Origin: Bugula neritina
Lineage: Eukaryota; Animalia; Bryozoa
Length of the DNA: 64,000 nucleotides
NCBI GenBank assembly: GCA_964035545.1
Contig: OZ037765.1
Location: 14,890,698 to 14,954,697 of the forward strand
Direction of reading: 5' to 3'
Numbering within the stretch: the first letter of the stretch is position 1; each line of letters opens with the position of its first letter. The notes beneath the pieces are model-generated. The model did no database searches. It saw nothing but the letters and a program-made list of their open reading frames with translations, and was not told the origin of the DNA. Positions 1 through 13,400 of the stretch are shown here, piece by piece. The position numbers and the translations under genes were made by a program.

Positions 1-2055
1 CATACTGAAATATACTGTAACACACTGAAATATACTGCAAAATACTGAAATACACTGTAACACACTGAAATACACTGTAACACACTGAAATATACTGCAA
101 CACACTGCAATATACTGAAACACGCTGTAACATACTGAAATACACTGCAACATATTGAAATATACTGCAACACAATGAAACATACGGCAACATACTGAAA
201 CATAGTGCGACACATTGAAATATACTGCAACATACTGAAACATGCTGTAGCATACTGAAATACACTGCAACACATTGAAGTATACTGTAATATACAGAAA
301 TGTACTGTAACATACAGAAACATACGTCAACATACTGAAATGTACTGCAACATGCTGAACTATACTGCAACATACTGAAATACACTGTAATATACTGAAT
401 TAAACTGCAACATACTGCAACATACTGAAATAAGCTGTAGCATACTGAAATACATTGCAGCACACTGAAGCGTCCTGCAATATGCAGAAACGTACTGCAA
501 CATACTGAAATATACCGCAACAAACCGAAATTTTTGGTATACTGAAATATGTTGCAAACTAGTAAAATGTACTGCAACATACAGAAAATAACTGCAACTG
601 TGCAATATAATGAAATATACTGCAAAAATACTGAAATATACTGCAACAATTTGAAAGTTACTGTATGATACTGACATATACTGAAACACATTGAAACATA
701 CTGCAAGATACTGCAACATACTGAAATACACTATAACATACTGAAATACACTGCAACATACTGCAACATACTGCAACATACTGCAACATACTGAATTACA
801 CTGTAACATATTGAAGTACACTGCAATACATTGAAATTTACTGCACCACACTGAAACATACAGCAACATTCTGAAATACACTGTGACATACTGAAATACA
901 CTGCAACATACTGCAACATACTGCAACATACTGAAATACACTGTAACATATTGAAATACACTGCAACGCATTGAAATATACTGCAACACAATGAAACATA
1001 CGGCAACATACTGAAACATTGTGCGACACATTGAAATATACTGCAACATACTGAAACATGCTGTAGCGTACTGAAATACACTGCAACACATTGAAGTATA
1101 CTGTAATATACAGAAATGTACTGTAACATACTGAAACATACGTCAACATACTGAAATGTACTGCAACATGCTGAACTATACTGCAACATACTGAAATATA
1201 CTGCAACGTATCGAAGTATATTGTAATATACGGACATCTACTGTAACATACTGAAACATACTTAAACATACTGAAATATACTTCAACATACTGAAATATA
1301 CTGCAACATACTGCAACATACTGAAATACACTGTAACATACTGAAACACACTGCAACACATCGGAATGAACTGCAACATACCTAAATATACGGTAATATA
1401 CTGAAATATACTGTTCACATTGAAAAACACTGCAACATACTGAAATTTGCTGTAGCACAGTGAAATTCACTGCAACCCACTGAAATATAGTGTAATATAC
1501 GGAAATGTATTTTAACATACTGAAATATACTGTAACACACTGGAATATACTGTCACATACTGAAATACACTGTAAAATACTGAAACATATTGCAACATAG
1601 TGCAACATACTGAAATTCACTGTAGCATATTGAAATACGCTGCAACACATTGAAATATACTGCAACATACCGAAATATATGGTAAACTACTGAAATATAC
1701 TGTATCACATTGAAAAATACTGCAACATACTGAAATATGCTGTAACACACTGAAATATACTGCAAAATACTGAAATACACTGTAACATACTGAAATATAC
1801 TGCAACATACTGAAATACACTGTAACATACTGAAATATACTGCAACATACTGCAACATACTGAAATACACTGTAACGTACTGAAATACACAGCAACATAC
1901 TGCAACATACTGCAACATACTGAAATACGCTGTAACATATTGAATTACACTGCAACACATTGAAATATACTGCAACACACTGAAACATACGGCAACATAC
2001 TGAAATATACTGCAACACACTGAAACATACGGCAACATACTGAAATATACTGCAA
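1..2055 (+). repeat. 10-bp satellite array, segment 1 (continues beyond the window start)
   Basis: Continuous head-to-tail ACTG[C/T/A]AA[C/T]A[T/C] monomers. ACTG stays in register across the 10-nt columns apart from rare indels. Confidence 0.99.
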
Positions 2056-2232
2056 CACAGTTGGTTTAAGGTCATACTTTTCATTTTCTGGCTCTTTGCC
2101 AGGTGCTTTATGTTCTATATGAACAATGTTCCACTGATAGCTCGAACAGGTTGAATGTCACAGGAACAAAAAAAATATGAAAAGATAAAGAAACTCATGT
2201 TCTCCAATATACTTTTTTATTTTTTTCAAAAG
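2056..2232. repeat. Left TIR plus degenerate ~175-bp subterminal inverted repeat of family A (pairs with ~4428-4593)
   Basis: Collinear blocks shared with the reverse complement of the right end: the TIR, TGCTTTATGTT.TATAT.AAC, GATAGCTCGAACAG, GAAAAGATA and ATATACTTTTTTA.TTTTT. Confidence 0.9.
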
Positions 2233-3611
2233 CCAATTCATGTTTAAGTTATAGCTTGTTGAAAAACATAGTCCCCCTTCCACATTCTTTTCAATTTATA
2301 CGCTCCTGACTTGTTATTGTGTCTCAATAATATGCCTTGTATTTGAGTGCTTGTTAGTCTCGCTTCACTAACTTTGCCTATACTTCACAAGTGCCAGTGC
2401 TGCTGGCTCAAAAGCTAAATGTTATAAACTGTCAGCTAAAACCCAATCTTGTATTCCTAGGTTGGTTGGCCTAAATAAAACAATAGTCAAATCATGATTT
2501 CATGTTTTAAAAATTTACTCTATTCTAACCTGCTGCCTAGCTAGTTCTCTTTTTGATGTATAATTACAAAATTTGTGATACATTTTTTTGGCAACCATGT
2601 GATTTATAAAATGCAGTAATGGTACTTATAATATTATATTATTATCATTATAATATATTATATAGTATTATGTGTGTTTTTATTATACTTCATAATATCT
2701 ATTTTATTATTGTTGTTGCGCAAACAAGTGCAATTAACCTAGTTTTCAAAATGTACCTCTAAATTATCAGAATATCAGTTTAGATATTTTCATGCTTTGT
2801 TAGGTAAACCTAAAAAAAGAGGCTGTATTCCCAAAGTAAAGGGTGTTGAACTATGAACTATATTAGATTAGCCACTCTGCTACCAAGTGCATCAGTATAA
2901 TATTATATGAATAGCTCTGATGCTTTGTCTCCGGTGGCTGGCTGCGATATGATAACTTGGCCAACTTCCAAGAGTTTAAAATTGGCGCAATTATTCAAGA
3001 GGTTACATGCTGCACAGAGCTAGCAGTGATAGTAACCTTGCTATTGGCAGTACTTATTACAACTGCCAGCATATAAGCTGCATTGTAGAATGCCGTTGGG
3101 GTAGGCTAGTAAAACCAAATTCTGCTCTCTAATATACCTTAGACACAATGCAGCAACATAATTGTTCGTTTCAAATTACATTGCCACCCTTACATGAGCT
3201 GTGGGCTTCATAAAGATTCATATGATTAGAGATTTATGCTATAGGCTAGCTATGATGAAAATAACACACCATTGTCAAAGTTAACTTCAAGTATGTTGTT
3301 TTCCAGAAACTCAGTAATGTCCATTTATCTCTCGCATACAAATACTTATGTAATAGCATACAGTTTAAGTTTTATTTTAGAGCACATCTGCAAACTCTAC
3401 AATAAGAGCTTGCTTTACCAGTCTATTTCAGACCTGTTTTTGTAGCTAGTAATACGCAAGCTACTTATTTTTAAACTTTTGGGTTATTTGTTCAAAACCA
3501 TTTGCTTTGACTGCTATCAACATGAATTGACAGCCTAATAATTATAACCCATTTGCGCGCGAAATATTTATGTAATGATAGTGACTCAAATAGTGCACGG
3601 TTTAGAAGCAT

Positions 3612-3692
3612 GACTGCGTGGTCCAGAGGTTAGAGGCGTCAGCGAAGAGTTGGTTGGTCATGGTTCAACCCTGTTTTGTTGCAATTTTTTTT
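3612..3692 (+). ncRNA. tRNA-like RNA polymerase III unit (tRNA-derived or SINE-head-like, not a canonical tRNA) inside family A copy 1
   Basis: A-box-like TGGTCCAGAGG at 3619-3629, starting at +8 of GACTGCG as in tRNAs. B-box-like GGTTCAACCC at 3662-3671. Stem TCAGC/GTTGG with a 5-nt loop at the anticodon-arm position. T8 run at 3685-3692. The acceptor stem does not pair. Confidence 0.65.
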
Positions 3693-4282
3693 GTCAACTT
3701 ATGCAAATCCTACGCATGTATAATAAATATGGCTATAATTGTAAAGTTTTTTTTTAACTTTTGTTCAACAGTAAGACAACATACATGCATAATAATTAGA
3801 TACTGAACACTAGACTAAACCTTAAATTGATCTTATAGAATACAATGTACTTAAAATAATCATATGTGAATTAGAGAAACTGAAAGTATACACCTGCTGC
3901 GCTATAGACAGACCTTTACTGACAAGACTGCAAAGTGAAGTGATTTAGCTGAAATTAACTCTGCCAAACAAACAAAGAATTATGTTGTGCTGAGGCATTT
4001 TCAATATATTATTGTAACATAGTGAGATGATTCAGCTAAGTGCTAATGTAAAACAGGGAACATTATATTGGCAGAAATCCAATAGATTGCCAATTTGTGC
4101 GAGAGGGTACTATATGTTATTGTGATAGCGCAGAGCGGCAAACGTACTAGGAATGTTATAATTAGTCACAGGAGCGTAGCTAGAACCACCATATGAAGAA
4201 TTTAGAAAATTGCAGTGAAACTTGCAAAATGGTGTATGTTTTTACCAAATTGTGAAGAGCATAAACAGAATTTCAAAAAACA

Positions 4283-4531
4283 AAGAAAGTATATTAGAGA
4301 AAACATATCAAGGAATGTCAAGTTTAACTTTTAGACTTTATAAAATGAATCCCCTGTGCTACAGCAGTGGAACATGGAGGGTGTAAAATTTTACTTATTA
4401 TGCAACAACTTTCTCAGAAAATTTTTTATTGAAAAATTAAAAAAGTATATGAAAGAGGAATGCAAGAGCTATCTTTTCATGTAAAATTTGTTAATGTGAG
4501 ACAAAAACTGTTCGAGCTATCCCCTGGAAAC
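4283..4531 (+). repeat. Two degenerate direct subterminal repeats (~156-bp offset) at the right end of family A
   Basis: AAAGTATAT (4286) ... CAGTGGAACAT (4365) and AAAGTATAT (4442) ... CCCTGGAAAC (4522). A third, inverted copy lies at ~2126-2218. Confidence 0.75.
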
Positions 4532-6843
4532 CGTTTATATATAACATAAAGCAGTGCATGAATCTGGAAAGTAATGACCTTAAACTAACTGTGAAAACAT
4601 TGAAATATACTGCTACATACTGAAACATGCTGTAGCATACTGAAATACACTGCAACACACTGAAGTATACTGTAATATACAGAAATGTACTGTAACATAC
4701 TGAAACATACGTCAACATACTGAAATGTACTCCAACATGCTGAACTATACTGCAACATACTGAAATACACTGTAATGTACTGAATTAAACTGCAACACAT
4801 TGTAATATACTGCAACATACTGAATCATACAGCAACATACTGAAATATACTGCAACACATTTAAATATACTGCAACATATTGAAATATGCTGTAGCACCC
4901 TGAAATTCACTGCAACTTACTGAAATATAGTGTAATATACGGAATAGTACTGTAACATACTGAAACATACTGTAACACACTGAAATATGCTGTCACATAC
5001 TGAAATATACTGTAAATTACTAGAATTATACTGCAACATACTGCAACATACTGAAATACACTGTAACCTACTGATATACACTGCAATATACTACAACATA
5101 CTGAAATACACTGCAACATACTGCAACATACTGCAACATACTGAAATATTCTGTAACATATTGAAATACACTGCAACATACTGCAACATACTGCAACACA
5201 CTGAAACATACGGCAACACACTCACATGTACAGCGACACATTGAAATATACTGCAACATACTGAAATATGCTGTAGCATACTGAAATACACTGCAACACA
5301 CTGAAATATACTGCAACATACTGCAACATACTGAAATACACTGTAACATACTGAAATACACTGCAACATACTGCAACATACTGAAATACACTGGAACATA
5401 TTGAAACACACTACAACACATTGAAATATACTGCAACACACTGAAACATACAGCAACATACTGAAATATACTGCGACACATTGAAATATACTGCAACATA
5501 CTGAAATATGCTGTAGCATACTGTAATATACTGTAACACACTTTAATATACTGCAACATACTGCAACATACTGACATACACTGGAACATACTGAAATACA
5601 CTCCAATATACTACAACATACTGAAATACACTGTAACCTACTGAAATATGCTGTAGCACACCGAAATATACTGCAACATACTGAAATATAATGCAAGTTA
5701 CTACAACATACTGAAATACACTGTGACATACTGAGATACACTGCAACATACTGCAACATACTGCAACATACTGCAACATACTGATATACACTGTAACAGA
5801 CTGAAATGTACTGTAACACACTGAAATATACTGCAACATGCTGAAATACACTGTAACATACTGAAATATACTGCAACATACTGCAACATACCGAATTACA
5901 CTGTAACAAACTGAAATACACTCCAACATACTACAACATACTGAAATACACTGTAACGTATTGAAATACACCGCAACACATTGAAATATACTGCAACACA
6001 CTGAAATATACTGTAACACACTGTAATATACTGCAACATACTGCAACATACTGACATACACTGGAACATACTGAAATACACTCCAACATACTACAACATA
6101 CTGAAATACACTGTAACCTACTGAAATATGCTGTAGCACACTGAAATATACTGCAACATACTGAAATATAATGGAAGTTACTACAACATACTGAAATACA
6201 CTGTGACATACTGAGTTACACTGCAACACCTTGAAATATAGTGCAACACACTGAAAGATACAGCAACATACTGAAATATACTGCGACACATTGAAATATA
6301 CTGCAGCATACTGAAATATGCTGTAGCATACTGAAATATACTGTAACACACTGAAATATACTGCAACATACTGAAATACATTGTAACATACTGAAATATA
6401 CTGCAACATACTGAAATACACTGTAACATACTGAAATATACTGCAACATACTGCAACATACTGAAATACACTGTAACATACTGAAATACACTGCAACATA
6501 CTGCAACATACTGAAATACACTGGAACATATTGAAACACACTACAACACATTGAAATATACTGCAACACACTGAAACATACAGCAACATACTGAAATATA
6601 CTGCGACACATTGAAATATACTGCAACATAGCTAAATATAATGCAAGATACTGCAACATTCTGAAATACACTGTGACATACTGAAATACACTGCAACATA
6701 CTTCAACATACTCCAACATACTGCAACATACTGAAATACACTGTAACATATTGAAGTGCACTGCAACACATTGAAACATACTGCAACACACTGAAACATA
6801 CGGCAACATGCTGAACTATACTGCAACATACTGAAATACACTG

Positions 6844-9800
6844 TAATAATATTATACTGAATTAAACTGCAACACATTGTAATATACTGCAACATACTGA
6901 ATCATACAGCAACATACTGAAATATGCTGCAACACATTTAAATATACTGCAACATATTGAAATATGCTGTAGTACCCTGAAATTCACTGCAACTTACTGA
7001 AATATAGTGTAATATACGAAATAGTACTGTAACATACTGAAATATACTGTAACACACTGAAATATGCTGTCATATACTGAAATATACTGTAAATTACTAG
7101 AATTATACTGCAACATACTGCAACATACTGAAATACACTGTAACCTACTGATATACACTGCAATATACTACAACATACTGAAATACACTGCAACATACTG
7201 CAACATACTGCAACATACTGAAATACACTGTAACATATTGAAATACACTGCAACATACTGCAACATACTGCAACATACTGCAACATACTGCAACACACTG
7301 AAACATACGGCAACACACTCACATGTACAGCGACACATTGAAATATACTGCAACATACTGAAATGTGCTGTAGCATACTGAATACACTGCAACACACTGA
7401 AATATACTGCAACATACTGCAACATACTGAAATACACTGTAACATACTGAAATACACTGCAACATACTGCAACATACTGAAATACACTGGAACATATTGA
7501 AACACACTACAACACATTGAAATATACTGCAACACACTGAAACATACAGCAACATACTGAAATATACTGCGACACATTGAAATATACTGCAACATACTGA
7601 AATATGCTGTAGCATACTGTAATATACTGTAACACACTTTAATATACTGCAACATACTGCAACATACTGACATACACTGGAACATACTGAAATACACTCC
7701 AATATACTACAACATACTGAAATACACTGTAACCTACTGAAATATGCTGTAGCACACCGAAATATACTGCAACATACTGAAATATAATGCAAGTTACTAC
7801 AACATACTGAAATACACTGTGACATACTGAGATACACTGCAACATACTGCAACATACTGCAACATACTGCAACATACTGATATACACTGTAACAGACTGA
7901 AATGTACTGTAACACACTGAAATACACTGCAACATGCTGAAATACACTGTAACATACTGAAATATACTGCAACATACTGCAACATACCGAATTACACTGT
8001 AACAAACTGAAATACACTCCAACATACTACAACATACTGAAATACACTGTAACATATTGAAATACACCGCAACACATTGAAATATACTGCAACATACCGA
8101 AATATATGGTAAACTACTGAAATATACGGTAACACATTGAAACATACCGCAAAATACTAAAATACACTGCAACACACTGAAGTATACTGTAATATATATA
8201 GAAATGTACTGTAAAATACTTAAACATACGACAACATACCAAAAAATATACTGCAACATACTGAATTACACTGCAATATCCTGAAATATACTTCAACATA
8301 CTGAAACATACCTAAAAACATTGAAATATACTGAAATACAGTGTAGGATATTGAAATACACTGCAACAATTTGGAATATACAGCAACATACCGAAATATA
8401 TGGTAACCTACTGAAATATGTTGCAAACTACTGAAATATACTGCAACATACTGCAACATAATGAAATATACTATAACACACTGGAATAAACTGCAAAATA
8501 CTGAAATATACTGTAACATACTGAAACATACTGCAACATACTGAAATATACTGTAACATACTGAAATATACTGCAAGAAACTGCAATATACTGAAATACA
8601 CTGTAACATACTGAAATACACTGCAACATACTGCAACATACTGACATACACTGGAACATACTGAAATACACTGCAACATACTACAACATACTGAAATACA
8701 CTGTAACCTACTGAAATATGCTGTAGCACACTGAAATATACTACAACATACTGAAATACACTGTGACATACTGAAATACACTGCAACATACTGCAACATA
8801 CTGCAACATACTGAGATACACTGTAACATATTGAAATACACTGCAAAACCTTGAAATATACTCCAACACACTGAAGTATACGGCAACATACTGAAATATA
8901 CTGCGACACATTGAAATATACTGCAATATACTGAAATATGCTGTAGCATACTGAAATATACTGTAACACACCGTAATACACTGCAACATACTGCAACATA
9001 CTGACATACACTGGAACATACTGAAATACACTCCAACATACTACAACATACTGAAATACACTGTAACCTACTGAAATATGCTGTAGCACACTGAAATATA
9101 CTGCAACATACTGAAATATAATGAAAGTTACTACAACATACTGAAATACACTGTGACATACTGATATACACTGCAACATACTGCAACATACTGCAACCTA
9201 CTGCAATATACTGAAATACACTGTAACAGACTGAAATGTACTGTAACACACTGACATATACTGCAACACATTGAAATATACCGCAACATACTGAAATATG
9301 CTGTAGCACACTGAAATACACTGCAACTCACTATAATATAGTGTAATATACAGAAATGTACTGTAACATACTGAAATATACTGTAACATACTGAAATCTA
9401 CTGCAACATACTGAAGTACACTGCAACATACTGCAACATACGGAAATACACTGTAACATATTGAAATACACGACAACACATTGAAATATACTGCAACAGA
9501 CTGAAGGATACGGCAACATACTGAAATATACTGCGACACATTGAAATATACTGCAACATACTGAAATATGCTGTATCATACTGAAATATACTGTAACACA
9601 CTGTAAAATACTGCAACATACTGCAACATACTGCCTTACACTGGAACATACTGAAATACACTGCAACATACTACAACATACTGAAATACACTGTACCCTA
9701 CTGAAATATGCTGTAGCACACTGAAATATACTGCAACATACTGAAATATAATGCAAGTTACTACAACATACTGAAATACACTGTGACATACTGGGATACA

Positions 9801-10473
9801 CTGCAACATACTGCAACATACTGCAACATCTTGAAATACACTGTAACCTGCTGAAATACACTGTAGCATATTGAAATACGCTGCAACACATTGAAATATA
9901 CTGCAACATACCGAAATATATGGTAAACTACTGAAATATACTGTATCACATTGAAAAATGCTGCAACATACTGAAATATGCTGTAACACACTGAAATATA
10001 CTGCAAAATACTGAAATACACTGTAACATACTGAAATATACTGCAACATACTGAAATACACTGTAACATACTGAAATATACTGCAACATACTGCAACATA
10101 CTGAAATACACTGTAACGTACTGAAATACACAGCAACATACTGCAACATACTGCAACATACTGAAATACGCTGTAATATATTGAATTACACTGCAACACA
10201 TTGAAATATACTGCAACACACTGAAACATACGGCAACATACTGAAATATACTGCAACACACTGAAACATACGGCAACATACTGAAATATACTGCAAAACA
10301 TTGAAATATACTGCTACATACTGAAACATGCTGTAGCATACTGAAATACACTGCAACACACTGAAGTAAACTGTAATATACAGAAATGTACTGTAACATA
10401 CTGAAACATACGTCAACATACTGAAATGTACTCCAACATGCTGAACTATACTGCAACATACTGAAATACACTG
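6844..10473 (+). repeat. Dispersed copy of the 3630-bp higher-order satellite unit
   Basis: The rare marker TAATAATATTATACT occurs at 6844 and 10474 (3630 apart). ORF-track translations recur at a constant offset of 22562 (6984/29546, 8220/30782, 9636/32198). Confidence 0.9.
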
Positions 10474-13400
10474 TAATAATATTATACTGAATTAAACTGC
10501 AACACATTGTAATATACTGCAACATACTGCAACATACTGCAACATACTGAAATATTCTGTAACATATTGAAATACACTGCAACATACTGCAACATACTGC
10601 AACACACTGAAACATACGGCAACACACTCACATGTACAGCGACACATTGAAATATACTGCAACATACTGAAATATGCTGTAGCATACTGAAATACACTGC
10701 AACACACTGAAATATACTGCAACATACTGCAACATACTGAAATACACTGTAACATACTGAAATACACTGCAACATACTGCAACATACTGAAATACACTGG
10801 AACATATTGAAACACACTACAACACATTGAAATATACTGCAACACACTGAAACATACAGCAACATACTGAAATATACTGCGACACATTGAAATATACTGC
10901 AACATACTGAAATATGCTGTAGCATACTGTAATATACTGTAACACACTTTAATATACTGCAACATACTGCAACATACTGACATACACTGGAACATACTGA
11001 AATACACTCCAATATACTACAACATACTGAAATACACTGTAACCTACTGAAATATGCTGTAGCACACCGAAATATACTGCAACATACTGAAATATAATGC
11101 AAGTTACTACAACATACTGAAATACACTGTGACATACTGAGATACACTGCAACATACTGCAACATACTGCAACATACTGCAACATACTGATATACACTGT
11201 AACAGACTGAAATGTACTGTAACACACTGAAATATACTGCAACATGCTGAAATACACTGTAACATACTGAAATATACTGCAACATACTGCAACATACCGA
11301 ATTACACTGTAACAAACTGAAATACACTCCAACATACTACAACATACTGAAATACACTGTAACGTATTGAAATACACCGCAACACATTGAAATATACTGC
11401 AACACACTGAAATATACTGTAACACACTGTAATATACTGCAACATACTGCAACATACTGACATACACTGGAACATACTGAAATACACTCCAACATACTAC
11501 AACATACTGAAATACACTGTAACCTACTGAAATATGCTGTAGCACACTGAAATATACTGCAACATACTGAAATATAATGCAAGTTACTACAACATACTGA
11601 AATACACTGTGACATACTGAGTTACACTGCAACACCTTGAAATATAGTGCAACACACTGAAAGATACGGCAACATACTGAAATATACTGCGACACATTGA
11701 AATATACTGCAGCATACTGAAATATGCTGTAGCATACTGAAATATACTGTAACACACTGAAATATACTGCAACATACTGAAATACATTGTAACATACTGA
11801 AATATACTGCAACATACTGAAATACACTGTAACATACTGAAATATACTGCAACATACTGCAACATACTGAAATACACTGTAACATACTGAAATACACTGC
11901 AACATACTGCAACATACTGAAATACACTGGAACATATTGAAACACACTACAACACATTGAAATATACTGCAACACACTGAAACATACAGCAACATACTGA
12001 AATATACTGCGACACATTGAAATATACTGCAACATAGCTAAATATAATGCAAGATACTGCAACATTCTGAAATACACTGTGACATACTGAAATACACTGC
12101 AACATACTTCAACATACTCCAACATACTGCAACATACTGAAATACACTGTAACATATTGAAGTGCACTGCAACACATTGAAACATACTGCAACACACTGA
12201 AACATACGGCAACATACTGAAATATACTGCAACACATTGAAATATACTGCAACATAGTCAAATATAATGCAAGATACTGTAACATTCTGAAACACACTGT
12301 GAGATACTGAAAAACACTGTGACATACTTAAATACACTGCAACATACTGCAACATACTGAAATACACTGCAACACATTGAAATAAACCGCAACATACTTA
12401 AATATACGGTAACATACTGAAATATACTGTAACTCATTGAAAAACATTGCAACATACTGAAACATACTGAAGTATGCTGTAGCACACTGAAATACACCGC
12501 AGTTCACTGAAAAATAGTGTAATATGCGGAAATGTACCGTAACATACTGAAATATACTGTAACATACTGAAATACACTGCAACATACTGCAACATACTGA
12601 CATACACTGGAACATACTGAAATACACTGCAACATACTACAACATACTGAAATACACTGTAACCTACTGAAATATGCTGTAGCACGCTGAAATATACTGC
12701 AACATACTGAAATATAATGCAAGTTACTACAACATACTGAAATACACTGTGACATACTGAAATACACTGCAACATACTGCAACATACTGCAACATACTGA
12801 AATACACTGTAACATATTGAAATACACTGCAAAACCTTGAAATATACTGCAACATACCGAAATATATGGTAAACTACTGAAATATACTGTATCACATTGA
12901 AAAATACTGCAACATACTGAAATATGCTGTAACACACTGAAATATACTGCAAAATACTGAAATACACTGTAACATACTGAAATATACTGCAACATACTGA
13001 AATACACTGTAATATACTGAATTAAACTGCAACATACTGCAACATACTGAAATAAGCTGTAGCATACTGAAATACATTGCAGCACACTGAAGCGTCCTGC
13101 AATATGCAGAAACGTACTGCAACATACTGAAATATACCGCAACAAACCGAAATTTTTGGTATACTGAAATATGTTGCAAACTAGTAAAATGTACTGCAAC
13201 ATACAGAAAATAACTGCAACTGTGCAATATAATGAAATATACTGCAAAAATACTGAAATATACTGCAACAATTTGAAAGTTACTGTATGATACTGACATA
13301 TACTGAAACACATTGAAACATACTGCAAGATACTGCAACATACTGAAATACACTATAACATACTGAAATACACTGCAACATACTGCAACATACTGCAACA

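Larger units (their letters stand above)
2056..4593 (+). mobile_element. Non-autonomous TIR DNA transposon, family A copy 1 (2538 bp), probably CMC/EnSpm(CACTA)-like; strand arbitrary
   Basis: Begins CACAGTTGGTTTAAGGTCAT and ends ATGACCTTAAACTAACTGTG (20-bp TIR, 1 mismatch). The empty paralogous site near 14601 reads actgcAAaacattg and the filled site reads actgcAA[element]AAaacattg, giving a 2-bp TSD (AA). No long ORF. CAC termini with a 2-bp TSD fit animal CMC/EnSpm-type elements (family call is inference). Confidence 0.93.

Noticed and set aside
2056-2062. RAG/Transib RSS-like heptamer (CACAGTT vs CACAGTG) and nonamer-like ACAAAAACT at 4501
   Set aside because: No nonamer at 12 or 23 spacing from the ends, and the TSD is 2 bp rather than the 5 bp of Transib/RAG transposons.
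3552-3564. E2F-like site TTTGCGCGCGAAA upstream of the Pol III unit
   Set aside because: Short motif that is altered in copy 2; no independent support.
3618-3806. 62-aa ORF (82-aa counterpart at 52163-52411) and the 64-aa ORF at 38938-39132
   Set aside because: Short, with no recognisable domain. The family A pair differ in start and frameshift at the T-run, and they overlap the Pol III-like unit or the subterminal repeats. No transposase is recognisable in any element.
2066-4583. Plain piggyBac/Kolobok insertion with a TTAA TSD directly into the satellite
   Set aside because: The empty paralogous sites have no TTAA at the insertion point or the 10-bp caps. The inserted unit extends to CACAG/CTGTG with a 2-bp TSD.
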